A stretch of 64,000 bases of DNA from a virus (IMGVR_UViG_3300029288_004137:145975-209974); one strand, 5' to 3'. Counted from the stretch's first letter, positions 19,401-29,335 are shown. Notes: generated by a model not told the origin, from the sequence alone. A program made the numbers and translations.

Positions 19401-19524
19401 TTCTATATTTAGAAACTGCTTGTGTCCTATAATTTACTATTGGACCAGAAAATAATTTAGTTAGTCTTTTAAATAAAGAAGTTCCAACTGTTTCATATTT
19501 TCTACCTATTGATGGTTTTTTCAT
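16411..19524 (-). CDS. gp20: Portal protein, T4 gp20-like, containing an intein
   Basis: SALDIYADE, HFRL..PYG..VL..ARRIWRQL / TMLEDA..YRIVRSPERRVFYLDMG, EDDYIIPVRG, IETLAGG. Confidence 0.95.
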   Translation of the reverse strand: MKKPSIGRKYETVGTSLFKRLTKLFSGPIVNYRTQAVSKYRRKNLNKFKFTSTSGKKFKRYTYDPFANLNTNQMASQWRFERYQDFEQMEYMPELASALDIYADEITTFSMMSPIIRIKCKNYEIKEVLDNLFYNILNVEFNLFYWVRSLCKFGDFFLFLDVKDGKGIRNVIPLPQEEIERLEGQDSDNPLYIQFQWNSGGLTFENFQIAHFRLLGNDKYSPYGTAVLDPARRIWRQLCCASHTPLWTKDKGYKQIKDIHSDDIILSYDFDNNKLIESKVKECRNMGKQRVIKVVTSHRQIEVTPNHGLLVYDKNGKFVYKQAKDLIVSDGDGGSKAKNADKLVLPNNWETTKDYYEIKLDEDLYFGNGKIHKKSFLSTDHIFKTNPEFMRLFGFMLGDGWINEDRKSIGFALGIYEEQNQYYINLMESLFSPEKKMCLTEAQKNKGAQVNISSKECISLFKKLGFISGFENKRIPSWVYSLSKVNKIELLRGLMDADGSKKDKRLSLSNYELMNDVQILCQQCGVAVGNEIKLSKKAGVYEDKTFGTITRKDSYRLYINLDDIDDTDISFENVSHIIDEEKLVDTYDLQVDNEIHNFVANGIVSHNTMLEDAVMSYRIVRSPERRVFYLDMGGIPAEEEENYVEEFRMTLKKNQVVDHLTGRVDQRYSATSIEDDYIIPVRGKEDNTKIETLAGGSYTGDVDDIKYFRDKMFSAIKIPASYLTAEAGDDDKSSLSQKDIRFARTIQRLQNAVVTELEKVARIHLAAMGYKNADLVSYEIILNNPSKISELQEIELWKTRFDAVEAAKSSGMSTRWVDENIKQLSSDEQKRIRAELFADSKLQSVLEGMLEGGSGDMGAPISGSDEDLLGGEGDEDSLGGEGEGEEGGGEDLLGGGGGESKEGGDEDETLLAAPGRRSVGKTSLGKYKEHSTDKEHNHELRVINPKHKEISHSMRSQGNMSQRPSSRKQMGLTKKQTAIPNLKNMFSGDNSIFNIDKTNYPRRVRAIFEQQENIDSKIKLIEKLIKKDEEEQIDDQT
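17704..18810 (-). mobile_element. 369-aa intein with LAGLIDADG homing endonuclease
   Basis: Begins CCASHT; block B VTPNHGLLV; LFGFMLGDG and LLRGLMDADG; ends YDLQV..HNFVANGIVSHN followed by Thr. Confidence 0.93.
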
Positions 19525-19528
19525 TGCT

Positions 19529-21127
19529 TTACCCCATATAAACTTTTAAACTTCCTATTTGCTTTTTCTTAGGATTATTTCTTTCCTTTATATCAAAAAT
19601 ATCATTATCTCTATTATATCCGTTCATACCATTTATAGTGGTATTCATTGTTTTTGATATTTTTCTAAAAGAAGAAAGAAAAGCCATTCGATGCGCATAA
19701 TTCTTTTTATTATTAACCATAACTGTTTCTCTAATCCAACAAGAAATAGACATCGCAAGTATTAAATCATCATTTGAACCCTTTTCAGGTTGTAATTTAC
19801 CATTTTTCCATATAAATGTTAGCATCTCATTTAACAATCTAAAAGATCTTATCACTATTAAATCATTACGTATATATTCCTCAAATTTTGCTAAAATTAA
19901 AGGTCTTGTAGATACAGATGTACTAAATCCAGGAATAGCATTGCTTGTTTTTCCGTGAAAAGAAGGTTTCAATATGTTTGATTCTTTTACCGAATAATAA
20001 ATATTTGAATATTCAAGTTCTTCTAATTTTTTAGCAACAGAAAAACCTAAGTTGTTATTTTCAACAACAATTAAACACCCTCCATATATTCTTCCAAAAT
20101 CACATAATAATTTTGCAAATTTATCAGGATCAATTTTTCCTTGGTATTCTGCAACCTGCTCAGAATTATTATTATCTATAATATGAAATACTGAATAATC
20201 TTCACCATCTCCTCTCGCTACATCAGCAGATATAATATAATTTATGTTTGGATCATAATCTTTCCAAATATAAACATTACCATCAAAACCTGTTCTATAT
20301 AAAGGTTCTCTTATTGTTTTTCTTGTTTTTTCTATGTCAGCACTATCTATAAAAGTTCCACCTGATTCATTGAAACTACACAAATATTCTTGAGCAATTT
20401 GTTTTTTAGGCAAATTTGAAGTTTCTTTTACGAACCAATCTTCATCTCTATCTGGTCTTGAATCCCATGGCAAAGATATAGCATTAAAGTCATTTCTTTT
20501 CGATAATGCATCAACATACATTCTGTGAAAAAAATTGCCTACCCCTTTTGGAGTAGAAATAACTATGCAAGATCCTCCTGTACTTAATGTAGGATAAACT
20601 GCTGCCCACATTCCATCATCTCCATCAAGTCCTTCAACTGTAGCAGCTTCATCAACAATTAACAAAGACAACGATTCAGAACGACCTGAATCTGGACTTG
20701 TGGATTCCGCTTTTATAAATGATCCATTAGAAAACTCTAATTCTGTTTTTGTATCTGTTGTTACCTTAACAGCTTCCATAAACCAATCTGGAAGCATTTT
20801 ATATTGCTGTTTAACCTTCTTTGTAAAGTTTGCTGCTGTAGCTCTTTTAGTTGCTACAACTAAAGACATGAAAGATTTATTAAACAACATCTTCCAAAGA
20901 ACATATGAGGCAGTTAATGTTGAAATACCTAATTGTCTCGCCTTTAAGATTATATTAAAACGATGTAACTCATATTGTTTAATTGTATCTGCTTGATATC
21001 CCCATAAGATAAATGGAACATAAGCACTTTTTGTTGTAGATATTTTTATGTATGTATTTATGAAATATTCAGGACTAACCTTACATCTCACTAACTCTCT
21101 TTTCTTCTGTTCCTTTGTGAGTATCAA
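19529..21127 (-). CDS. terL: Terminase large subunit, T4 gp17-like
   Basis: KARQLGIST Walker A, LLIVDEAA Walker B, ISTPKG, ADVARGDGEDYS nuclease motif, NDDL. Confidence 0.96.
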   Translation of the reverse strand: MILTKEQKKRELVRCKVSPEYFINTYIKISTTKSAYVPFILWGYQADTIKQYELHRFNIILKARQLGISTLTASYVLWKMLFNKSFMSLVVATKRATAANFTKKVKQQYKMLPDWFMEAVKVTTDTKTELEFSNGSFIKAESTSPDSGRSESLSLLIVDEAATVEGLDGDDGMWAAVYPTLSTGGSCIVISTPKGVGNFFHRMYVDALSKRNDFNAISLPWDSRPDRDEDWFVKETSNLPKKQIAQEYLCSFNESGGTFIDSADIEKTRKTIREPLYRTGFDGNVYIWKDYDPNINYIISADVARGDGEDYSVFHIIDNNNSEQVAEYQGKIDPDKFAKLLCDFGRIYGGCLIVVENNNLGFSVAKKLEELEYSNIYYSVKESNILKPSFHGKTSNAIPGFSTSVSTRPLILAKFEEYIRNDLIVIRSFRLLNEMLTFIWKNGKLQPEKGSNDDLILAMSISCWIRETVMVNNKKNYAHRMAFLSSFRKISKTMNTTINGMNGYNRDNDIFDIKERNNPKKKQIGSLKVYMG

Positions 21128-21142
21128 AAAGTGTCCCCATTT

Positions 21143-21676
21143 TTATGATAATTTATCAATTTCTCCTTGAGATAAGAAATCTTTAAATTTCTTTTGTCTT
21201 TCTTTAAAATCCTTTGGAGTATCTGTGAGGTTATCTGTATATTCTTTAATATTGCTAATTATATATGTTCTTTTTGCTTGATACCACGCTCTAACCATTG
21301 ACACTAATTGCACTTTAATATCCATATCACCTTCTTCTTTTAAATTAAGTTCTTTCTTTGTGATATCTTTAAATTGTCTTTTGAGATGTTTTATGACTTG
21401 ACTAAATTTTCTCTTTATATTATTTTCAAATCCAGTTTCATGTGCTTCTTTCATTGCAACTTCTTCATGAATTAAAATACAAAGTTTATTTCCACTCATT
21501 TTAACAGACCACGGAATATAAACATCTTCATCTATTACTGGAACTTCTTCTCCGTTTTTTAAAGTGCCACTTCCTTTGAATCCATTTTCATAAGCTACTT
21601 GATTTATCGCTTGAATAACCTCAAGTACTTCAATTCCACCAGATTTTTCTTTTTTATCAGACATTTCTTTCTCCAT
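21143..21676 (-). CDS. Hypothetical protein
   Basis: ORF in the operon directly upstream of the terminase. Confidence 0.6.
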   Translation of the reverse strand: MEKEMSDKKEKSGGIEVLEVIQAINQVAYENGFKGSGTLKNGEEVPVIDEDVYIPWSVKMSGNKLCILIHEEVAMKEAHETGFENNIKRKFSQVIKHLKRQFKDITKKELNLKEEGDMDIKVQLVSMVRAWYQAKRTYIISNIKEYTDNLTDTPKDFKERQKKFKDFLSQGEIDKLS

Positions 21677-21998
21677 TTATATAACATTTTTTGCAACATT
21701 TATATTTATTCATATAAAAATCATCTTCTGAACTAAAAGACAATTTTTTACAAATAATACAAGTTCTTTCAATACTTTCTCTATTAAGTAGTCTTTCAGA
21801 GTATAAGCATCCATTTATTACAATATGGGTATTTTTTTCCTTTTTTTTATATTTTTTTTTAAATTCTTTTAATTGTTTTTGATATTCTTTTTCTTTCTCT
21901 TCATCCCATTGCGATAACGGAACTTTTATTGTTTCTTCCCCATACTTAGAAGCAATTTCTCTTTCTATTCTAGCAACTTTTGTTAGATTTTCTTCCAT
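21657..21998 (-). CDS. Hypothetical zinc-binding protein
   Basis: CIIC...CCKKC; likely start MEENLTK at 21998. Confidence 0.55.
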   Translation of the reverse strand: MEENLTKVARIEREIASKYGEETIKVPLSQWDEEKEKEYQKQLKEFKKKYKKKEKNTHIVINGCLYSERLLNRESIERTCIICKKLSFSSEDDFYMNKYKCCKKCYINGERNV

Positions 21999-21999
21999 A

Positions 22000-22446
22000 T
22001 TAAATCTGTGTATAAAGATAAACACTTAATAGCACAACAACAACCCCAGACCCAAATCCAATGATTCCTGATGTTAATGGAGAAATAAGTGGTTTATTTT
22101 GTTCATAATTTTTCATCAAAAAATCTAATTCTTTTTGATATGAATTTTCAAGAGCAACAATTTTCTTTTCAAGAAACTCCTTTTCAACTACAACATTTTT
22201 GATATCTAAATGTAATTCAGCTATCTCTTTTTGAGACTTTAGTTTATTCGATAAATAATCTTCAACTTTTATTAAATCTGCACTGGCTAAAATAATTCCT
22301 AACGCTTCTGCATTTAAAAGAATTCCTTCAAATGGCGCTACTTCATTTATCTTAATATTATAAAATACAGGTTCTATCTTTTCTTGTGCTATTAAAAAAC
22401 TACTATTAAAAAGAAGAATAAATACAACATACCAAATACTTTTCAT
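22000..22446 (-). CDS. Exported/membrane coiled-coil protein, spanin-like
   Basis: N-terminal signal peptide, coiled coil, C-terminal hydrophobic segment. Confidence 0.45.
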   Translation of the reverse strand: MKSIWYVVFILLFNSSFLIAQEKIEPVFYNIKINEVAPFEGILLNAEALGIILASADLIKVEDYLSNKLKSQKEIAELHLDIKNVVVEKEFLEKKIVALENSYQKELDFLMKNYEQNKPLISPLTSGIIGFGSGVVVVLLSVYLYTQI

Positions 22447-22856
22447 TTTTTATATTCCTTAATACCAAATTTATTCATTAAAAATTTAGCAACATTGTCT
22501 GGTTCTTTTTTATACATTTCTACATATTTTTCAGCAGCAACTTTCTTTTCTTCTTCAATCTTTTGCTTCTCTTTTAACAGATCATTTTCTATCTTTTCCA
22601 GTTCCTTTTTATATTCTTCTAATGCTTTCTTTTCTTGTTCTTCTTTTTCTTTACGTATTTTTACTAAATCATCAAAAGTTGCTTTCTTCATTATACGCAT
22701 TTCTGAAAAAGTTTTTAACATCGTTTCAGTTACTTCTCCACTTTTTTTTCTTAAAACAAAATAAAGAATTAAAGACAAAATTGAAATAATTCCCGTAGAA
22801 ACTAAATACCAATACTTCTTTATATAAAAATAAAATTTTTGAAAAAAAACTTTCAT
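22443..22856 (-). CDS. Membrane-anchored coiled-coil protein, i-spanin-like
   Basis: One N-terminal TM helix followed by an E/K-rich coiled coil. Confidence 0.45.
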   Translation of the reverse strand: MKVFFQKFYFYIKKYWYLVSTGIISILSLILYFVLRKKSGEVTETMLKTFSEMRIMKKATFDDLVKIRKEKEEQEKKALEEYKKELEKIENDLLKEKQKIEEEKKVAAEKYVEMYKKEPDNVAKFLMNKFGIKEYKK

Positions 22857-23101
22857 TGCTTTAACTCTTTAAATTTATAAAATAAATCTAATAAAGCAAC
22901 ACTTCCTATATAAACCATAGAAATATTTGACCAAGTATCTGGATCTAATGTCCCCATAAACAACGCTGCTGTAGCTGTAAGCCAAACAATAAGTTTACGA
23001 GACATTATTCTTTGTAAAAAAGAATCAACTTTTCCTGGATTGTCTGTTTCGAAATCTGAACTTTCTGGAGAATTCTCTGGAGTTTTGTTTTCTTCTTCCA
23101 T
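22853..23101 (-). CDS. Putative holin
   Basis: 82 aa with SRKL followed by two hydrophobic segments. Confidence 0.5.
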   Translation of the reverse strand: MEEENKTPENSPESSDFETDNPGKVDSFLQRIMSRKLIVWLTATAALFMGTLDPDTWSNISMVYIGSVALLDLFYKFKELKQ

Positions 23102-23160
23102 TTTATGTGCCTCATATAAATCTATTCATCCTAATTAGATTTTAAAAGCACAAAAGGAAA

Positions 23161-26100
23161 CTAACAATTTACAAATGCATTACCACCAACATTTTCAATA
23201 TTAATCGTAATGTCTGCACAATCTTTTAACTCATCAAGATGTGATATTAAGAAAATTATATCAAATTTTTCTTTCATTACTTCCAAAACATCAACAAAAG
23301 AACTAAGATTTTTCTTATCTAAAAAGACTGCTGGTTCATCTAATATAAAAATGTTGCTTTTTGGAAGTGACGATATTTCTATAAAAGACAACCGTATTGC
23401 CATTGCAGCAATAGTTTTTTCTGCTCCAGAACAATTCTCAATAGGACATAACTTATTATCTCTTTTTAAATAAACATTTAAATCCTTATCACAAATATCT
23501 AAAAATATTTCAAAATCAACAATTTTAGATAAAAAGTTATTTATCTCATTATTAATAATATCAATATTCTTTTTAATAATCATAGAAGGAATACCGTTTG
23601 GATGAACTGCATTTATAAATGTTTCATAAGCAAAGAAATTATAATAAGTTTCTTCATATTTTTTCTTTTTTTCTCGTAGGTCTTTGATTCTTTGATCAAT
23701 TATTGCTTCCTTCTCTATTTGTTGTTTCTCTAAAATAGAAATATACCCTAATCTTGTTTCACACTTATTAATCTGCTCTTCAATTTCAGCTTTCTTTCTT
23801 ACAGAATCAATACTCAAATTATAATCATCAATTTTTGTGTATAAATCTGCTATCTCACTATTTAATTCTTTTTTCTTTTCATTCTTTTCATCTATTTTAG
23901 ATAAACTAATAGCATTATCTAATTTATATCTATTATATTTATCTTTACTTTCTTCATACACATTAATTTTCTTAACCAAATCTTCATAATCTATATTTTC
24001 AATGCTTTTTTCTAAATTTTGCTTTTGTTTTTTTATTTCTAATAAAGATTCATCAATAACTTTCATTTTATCTTTTGAATCAAAAGCATTTTTTATAAAT
24101 TTGCAATGCTTATAATTTTCTCCACAAGGCACTTCATTTAAAAGACTTATATTGTGCTCTAAAATAGTCATTTCTTTATTTTTAAAAGAAATACTACTAT
24201 CAATTTTTTCTATTTCATCAATAATTCCTCTATAATTTTTTTCTTTTTCTCTAAATTTATCAATTTCAAATAATAATACAAATTTTTCAAATTTTTTAAT
24301 GAAAATCTCTTGATTTGCTATATTTTTTTGAATTGTTTCTATTTCTTGATTAAAAATAACTATTTTTTCATCTTTCTTTTTAATATTTTTCTTTATCTCA
24401 TCAATTTCATCAAGACTTGGAATCGTTAAACCTTCAAAACTCTTAAGTTCAATCTTAGAATTTAATAGTTTTTTCTCTATTTCTTTCTTTTCAGAAATTT
24501 GTAAAATATCAACAGTATTCCCATTTTTCTTTTCTATTTCTTTCTCAATCAAAAGATCATAGTTTTCTTCAAATTCTTTTAAAAGAGTCTTATATTTTAA
24601 ATATTCCGGTTTTGCTGCTTTCAATTTAATATTGAAAATATCTAAATCAAGAAATTTAGCTAAAATCTCTTTTCTTTTAGTTGATCCTTCTCTTATAAAT
24701 GATAAAGCATCTAACTGCGATGATAAAGATGTTAATAAAAAATCTTCCATCGTACCAAATTCATACATAATATTCTTATCAGTTTCTACCCTTGTATCAC
24801 CATTCAAACTTGTTCCATTTTTCATGAAATCTAAAACCGCTGATGAATTATCACCTTTGCCTTTAACTAACTTTCTATCTATAGAATATTCATCATCTTC
24901 AGATTTTAAAAAGACCTTTCCAAACCCATATTTAGCATTGTGATTTATTATATCATAATTTTTAAGATTCCCACGAGAAGTATTATTAAAAATTGTTTTT
25001 ATAAAAGAATCTATAAAACTAGACTTCCCTGTATAGTTGTCACCAAATATTCCTATTATCCCTCTCTTCTTCCCCAAATCTATTGTATTCCCTACCCCAT
25101 AATTAAATAAATTATCCCAATTAAATCTTTCTATACTCCATTTGATATTATGCCTTTTATCACCCTGTAATAAGATGTCACCACTAGTATCACCATTTAT
25201 AGAATATAACCTCTCTAAGACGATTTGTGGAAGTTTAAATGGTGCTGAATACTCTCTTAGTAGATCTCTCTGAACTGCTTCAGATCTAATATCTAAAATA
25301 GAAGAATTACAACTTAATTCCATAAATGTTTTTTCATATTTTTCTTCTACAGTCAATAAAATTGGAAAGCAAGTTCTTTTGATATTTAATTTGATTTCTT
25401 CTAATTCTTCTTTTAAAATCTTTTCTTTCAAAATTAAACGAATTCTTGATCCCTTCTTTATTTTTGAAATATCATCATTAATTTCAATAGTTATAAAAGG
25501 AAATTCACGTTCTATTTCAACAAATTCAACAGAGAAATCACTTTTATCTTTAATATCCCAAACAAGAAAACCCTTTTTTTCATCTTCTCCAAAATTTTGT
25601 TGAATAAACGATCCAGCATATCTAATTTTGCCTTGTTTATCCATAATTTGATTAGATTTATGAACATCACCTAACAAAACATAATCACAATCTTTAAAAT
25701 CTTGTATAGAAACCTTTCCAGATAATTCATATTCTTTATCATTTTTTGCACCATCAACAATACCATGATACAACCCAATAACAATATCATTCGATTTATC
25801 GTTTTTTATATTCCACCCTTCCTCATCATAAATAGAAAATACTTTTAATACAAATCTTTTATCTAATTTTCCTTGAATTCTTTCTAAACAAGAATTCTTT
25901 AAATAAAATATTGAAGACATTTTAAGCGTATGAACAATTGGTTCAATAGCATCCATACGATTAGATCTTATATTACCGTCATGATTACCTGGAATTATAT
26001 ATGTATCACACTCGTTACCTAGTTTCTTTAAAAGATCTGATGCTAATTTATAAGCTTCTGGTGATATATTTGTTTTTGAATGAAATATGTCTCCTGTTAA

Positions 26101-26232
26101 AATTATAACAACATTATCATTTCCATTTTTAATTTCTTTGACCCTATCATAAAGATTTACAAAACATTTTTGATACTCATCTTGATATTGAAAATTTCTT
26201 ATATGCAAATCAGAAATATGAATTATCTTCAT
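23161..26232 (-). CDS. Fused SbcD/Mre11 nuclease and SbcC/Rad50 ATPase (T4 gp47+gp46-like)
   Basis: SDLH, TGDIFH, GNHD, LGDVH; GDNYTGKSS, coiled coil, CSGAEK, FILDEP, ISH. Confidence 0.92.
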   Translation of the reverse strand: MKIIHISDLHIRNFQYQDEYQKCFVNLYDRVKEIKNGNDNVVIILTGDIFHSKTNISPEAYKLASDLLKKLGNECDTYIIPGNHDGNIRSNRMDAIEPIVHTLKMSSIFYLKNSCLERIQGKLDKRFVLKVFSIYDEEGWNIKNDKSNDIVIGLYHGIVDGAKNDKEYELSGKVSIQDFKDCDYVLLGDVHKSNQIMDKQGKIRYAGSFIQQNFGEDEKKGFLVWDIKDKSDFSVEFVEIEREFPFITIEINDDISKIKKGSRIRLILKEKILKEELEEIKLNIKRTCFPILLTVEEKYEKTFMELSCNSSILDIRSEAVQRDLLREYSAPFKLPQIVLERLYSINGDTSGDILLQGDKRHNIKWSIERFNWDNLFNYGVGNTIDLGKKRGIIGIFGDNYTGKSSFIDSFIKTIFNNTSRGNLKNYDIINHNAKYGFGKVFLKSEDDEYSIDRKLVKGKGDNSSAVLDFMKNGTSLNGDTRVETDKNIMYEFGTMEDFLLTSLSSQLDALSFIREGSTKRKEILAKFLDLDIFNIKLKAAKPEYLKYKTLLKEFEENYDLLIEKEIEKKNGNTVDILQISEKKEIEKKLLNSKIELKSFEGLTIPSLDEIDEIKKNIKKKDEKIVIFNQEIETIQKNIANQEIFIKKFEKFVLLFEIDKFREKEKNYRGIIDEIEKIDSSISFKNKEMTILEHNISLLNEVPCGENYKHCKFIKNAFDSKDKMKVIDESLLEIKKQKQNLEKSIENIDYEDLVKKINVYEESKDKYNRYKLDNAISLSKIDEKNEKKKELNSEIADLYTKIDDYNLSIDSVRKKAEIEEQINKCETRLGYISILEKQQIEKEAIIDQRIKDLREKKKKYEETYYNFFAYETFINAVHPNGIPSMIIKKNIDIINNEINNFLSKIVDFEIFLDICDKDLNVYLKRDNKLCPIENCSGAEKTIAAMAIRLSFIEISSLPKSNIFILDEPAVFLDKKNLSSFVDVLEVMKEKFDIIFLISHLDELKDCADITINIENVGGNAFVNC

Positions 26233-27182
26233 TAGATTCCCTCCAACATTTGTAACAATACATGATCTCTTTCTACTTTTTTTGCTTTTTCCTTTTTTAT
26301 TAAAAATTGTTTATGACTCATCTCTCCTACGTCCTTGAAAGGAGATACATCTATAATATAAGGACAAATACCATATTTCATAAGCAAAGAAACAATTTTA
26401 GTTTCCTTTTTCTTTGCATCTGAATCTAATGCAAGATATATATTACCTTTGCAATCAAGAATCTTATTGAATAACAACCCCTTAGAACTAAGAGTTGAAC
26501 CAAGAAGCGGAATTGAATTTCTACCAGATTTTATTGCATCAAATATTCCTTCAACAATAACAATATCTTTATCCCAATCCAAATACAAATCATTAAAAAC
26601 AATATTCTTATTGTTTTGAGGATTCAAATATTTAATATTGCTATCAACATATGTTCTTGCTATATAAAAATTAATATTACCATTGATATCAACAGATGGA
26701 ACAATTATTCTACCGGAATATTGACCCTCAACTGCATATCCAATTTTCCAATCAATTATATCTTGTTTCGTTAAACCACGATCTTTTAAGTATTTTCTAG
26801 ATACTAAAGAATTAAATAAAATTTTATTTCCAATAAGAGTCCTAAACTCTTTTGGAAGTTCAAAGATTTTGTTTTCATCTTCTACTTCTACCTTTTTAAA
26901 ATAATCCTCAAAATCAACAATTTCAGAAACTTTTATATCATATTTTTTCCATTCAGTAATATCATATCTTTTTCCAAACTTATAAATAAGATATGCTATA
27001 GATTTACCATGAAATTCACAAATCCAACATTTAAAAACGTTCTTTTCTATGTTTATTGAAAATTTTCTTTTATGATGATCACAGTTTGGGCAATAAAATA
27101 AAAACTCTTTCGAAGAACTTTTATGTTCATATCCTCCTAATACCCTTTCGAGAATATCTACTTTTTTTTCTAAATTTTCCAT
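26232..27182 (-). CDS. dnaG: DNA primase (zinc finger + TOPRIM)
   Basis: CPNC..H..CWIC; RIIVP; KYLNP; IVEGIFDA; LDSDA. Confidence 0.9.
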   Translation of the reverse strand: MENLEKKVDILERVLGGYEHKSSSKEFLFYCPNCDHHKRKFSINIEKNVFKCWICEFHGKSIAYLIYKFGKRYDITEWKKYDIKVSEIVDFEDYFKKVEVEDENKIFELPKEFRTLIGNKILFNSLVSRKYLKDRGLTKQDIIDWKIGYAVEGQYSGRIIVPSVDINGNINFYIARTYVDSNIKYLNPQNNKNIVFNDLYLDWDKDIVIVEGIFDAIKSGRNSIPLLGSTLSSKGLLFNKILDCKGNIYLALDSDAKKKETKIVSLLMKYGICPYIIDVSPFKDVGEMSHKQFLIKKEKAKKVERDHVLLQMLEGI

Positions 27183-27210
27183 AAATTTCCTTACTTAAAA
27201 TATTAATCCT

Positions 27211-27219
27211 ATTTTAGCA
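27211..27219 (-). promoter_or_regulatory. Possible extended -10 promoter (TGcTAAAAT) upstream of primase
   Basis: TGn+TAAAAT in an intergenic gap that lacks the CTATTTAT motif; weak in an AT-rich background. Confidence 0.25.
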
Positions 27220-27235
27220 AATAAGATCTTAAAAT

Positions 27236-27814
27236 TTAATTTAAAGATTTCAAGTAAGACATAGCAAGAACGAATGCATCAGCCATATCAGCATATCCTT
27301 TGCAGATATTACCAGAAACAGTTCTTTTGATAACAAACCCACAATTTTCAAAATATTTTATAACTTCATGTTTCGGACCTTTCTCTTCATTTCTGACTAT
27401 CCCTAATATTTTTCTAGCAGTTCTAGCTTCCGTAAATTTTAATTCACAATCAAAAACCTCTAAAGCAATATAACTAACCAAAGCATTAAATCTTGTCAGT
27501 TTAATAATAGTATTCATTGAAGTTCTTCCATATAAAAAACTATTCAAAGAAGCTTCAACAACAATTTTATCTATTTTTTCATCACCAAGTCTTTCTTTTA
27601 AATTCCTAAAATACTCTTTAACCTTATTCGCTCTTAAAAACAACTCCATATAATTTTTCTTAGGAATCTTTTTTTTCTTCTTTTTAAAATCTGTAGTTTT
27701 TTCTTTTTTAGCACTAAAAAGATTAATAAATTCTGAATATTTTGATATTCCATTATAATCTAAAACACACACACCCAAAATAGTTGTAGAAATATCTAAA
27801 CCTAAAATCATCAT
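27236..27814 (-). CDS. RuvC-like Holliday junction resolvase
   Basis: ILGLDISTT..G, IVVE, DMADA catalytic pattern. Confidence 0.8.
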   Translation of the reverse strand: MMILGLDISTTILGVCVLDYNGISKYSEFINLFSAKKEKTTDFKKKKKKIPKKNYMELFLRANKVKEYFRNLKERLGDEKIDKIVVEASLNSFLYGRTSMNTIIKLTRFNALVSYIALEVFDCELKFTEARTARKILGIVRNEEKGPKHEVIKYFENCGFVIKRTVSGNICKGYADMADAFVLAMSYLKSLN

Positions 27815-27819
27815 ATCAC

Positions 27820-28986
27820 CTATATATCTAATTTTAATTTTATTATTATATCACGATTTTCCACTTTTTTAACCGGTGTTGCTAATTTAGCAACTGCAAT
27901 AGGAGATTTATTTTCATCATATATCACAACTTTACTTATCCATGTCTGTTTTTTAAAAGATTCAGAAAAATTAGGATATATAGATTTAGCAGTATTGAAA
28001 ATTTCTCTTGTATCATTTTCTGCATATATGTATGTGCCTGAATTAAAATAATCTGTTTGATCATATCCTACATAAGTAGGATTGTTTGAATGATTTAATT
28101 CTCCTCTTTCCGCTTTTGCTAACATTGTTAAATGCGGAATATATGTCGTTCCTTCAAAATTTATAAGAAAACTTGACCCTGTTACTTCATTTATATTTGT
28201 TCCCCAATAAATCCATCTTGGTTGATCAGCAGCTCCATCCCTATACTGTTCCGTAAAAGCGGAATTTAATGACCAAGTACCATAAAGTAAAATTATTCCT
28301 TCTCTATATAAAACAACTCCAGCACAATTATCTATAAAAGTTAATTCAGACCTTTCTGGATATGTTTGAATCAAACATCCATTTTGCTTATAATCTTGTA
28401 TTTCTGCTGCTAATGTTCCAGTTATATAAAACTTTAAAGATATACTCCCTTTACGAATTTCAGAACCATAAAAAATAGAAGGAATATCGACAAGAGTTAT
28501 AGCATCTGTTTCTTTATTATTCGTATCTGCATCCCAATAATAATTGGAACTATAAGTATAATAACTTTTTAAAGCATTCTTAAGTGACCAAATTTGAGGT
28601 CTTGTTACATGTTCTCCAGTATATAAAGATGGATCTGTACTACCATAATATTGCTTAACACTCATTGTTGCTGTTAATGGATATGATCCTGTTATAACTG
28701 TGCCATATAGATCTGTATTAAAATCTGTAGAAGAAACTGTACTAAAAGAGTTTAAAGAAGAATCTTTGACAACAAAAGGATAAATCAAATTATCTGGTGC
28801 TCTATCAATATTCATTTCATCCAAACTAACCTCACCAGGATGAATTATCTTAATATTGCTTTGGGAACCTGTAAAAATTGGATCATTATTGAAAAACTTT
28901 TCCTTCTTATAAAGAAAAAATTTGCACTTAGGATAAGCTTTTATTGTATTAATAAATACATCATTTCTTTCAAATTTTTTAAGCAT
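27820..28986 (-). CDS. Virion structural protein, paralog of 29391-30476
   Basis: C-terminal NHSNNPTY..ISKVVIYDEN..IAVAKLATPVKK..KLKLDI. Confidence 0.6.
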   Translation of the reverse strand: MLKKFERNDVFINTIKAYPKCKFFLYKKEKFFNNDPIFTGSQSNIKIIHPGEVSLDEMNIDRAPDNLIYPFVVKDSSLNSFSTVSSTDFNTDLYGTVITGSYPLTATMSVKQYYGSTDPSLYTGEHVTRPQIWSLKNALKSYYTYSSNYYWDADTNNKETDAITLVDIPSIFYGSEIRKGSISLKFYITGTLAAEIQDYKQNGCLIQTYPERSELTFIDNCAGVVLYREGIILLYGTWSLNSAFTEQYRDGAADQPRWIYWGTNINEVTGSSFLINFEGTTYIPHLTMLAKAERGELNHSNNPTYVGYDQTDYFNSGTYIYAENDTREIFNTAKSIYPNFSESFKKQTWISKVVIYDENKSPIAVAKLATPVKKVENRDIIIKLKLDI

Positions 28987-28987
28987 A

Positions 28988-29335
28988 CTACCATGCCAAA
29001 AGATATATAATACCAGAAGTTATTACACCAACCATTATACCAACACAAATCTTTTTAAAAATATTATACATGTTTTCTTTTTTTATTTTTAGAGTTTCTT
29101 GTAATTTTGAATTAATATATAAACTTCTTACAACTGGTATTGTTTCTTCCTGTTTATCATTTAACTCAATTATTTTTATTTTCGATCTCTCAATATCAAT
29201 TGACATACAATCCATTTTATTGTTTATATCCTTGATATTTTCTTTTATTTCTTTAAAATCATCTCTTATTATTTTTCTATCTTCTTTAATAAAATCAACA
29301 AGTTCTTTATAAGAATCCATAGTGTCATTCTCCAT
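28988..29335 (-). CDS. Coiled-coil protein with C-terminal TM helix (XhlA/holin-like architecture)
   Basis: Heptad pattern followed by ICVGIMVGVITSGIIYLLAW. Confidence 0.45.
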   Translation of the reverse strand: MENDTMDSYKELVDFIKEDRKIIRDDFKEIKENIKDINNKMDCMSIDIERSKIKIIELNDKQEETIPVVRSLYINSKLQETLKIKKENMYNIFKKICVGIMVGVITSGIIYLLAW

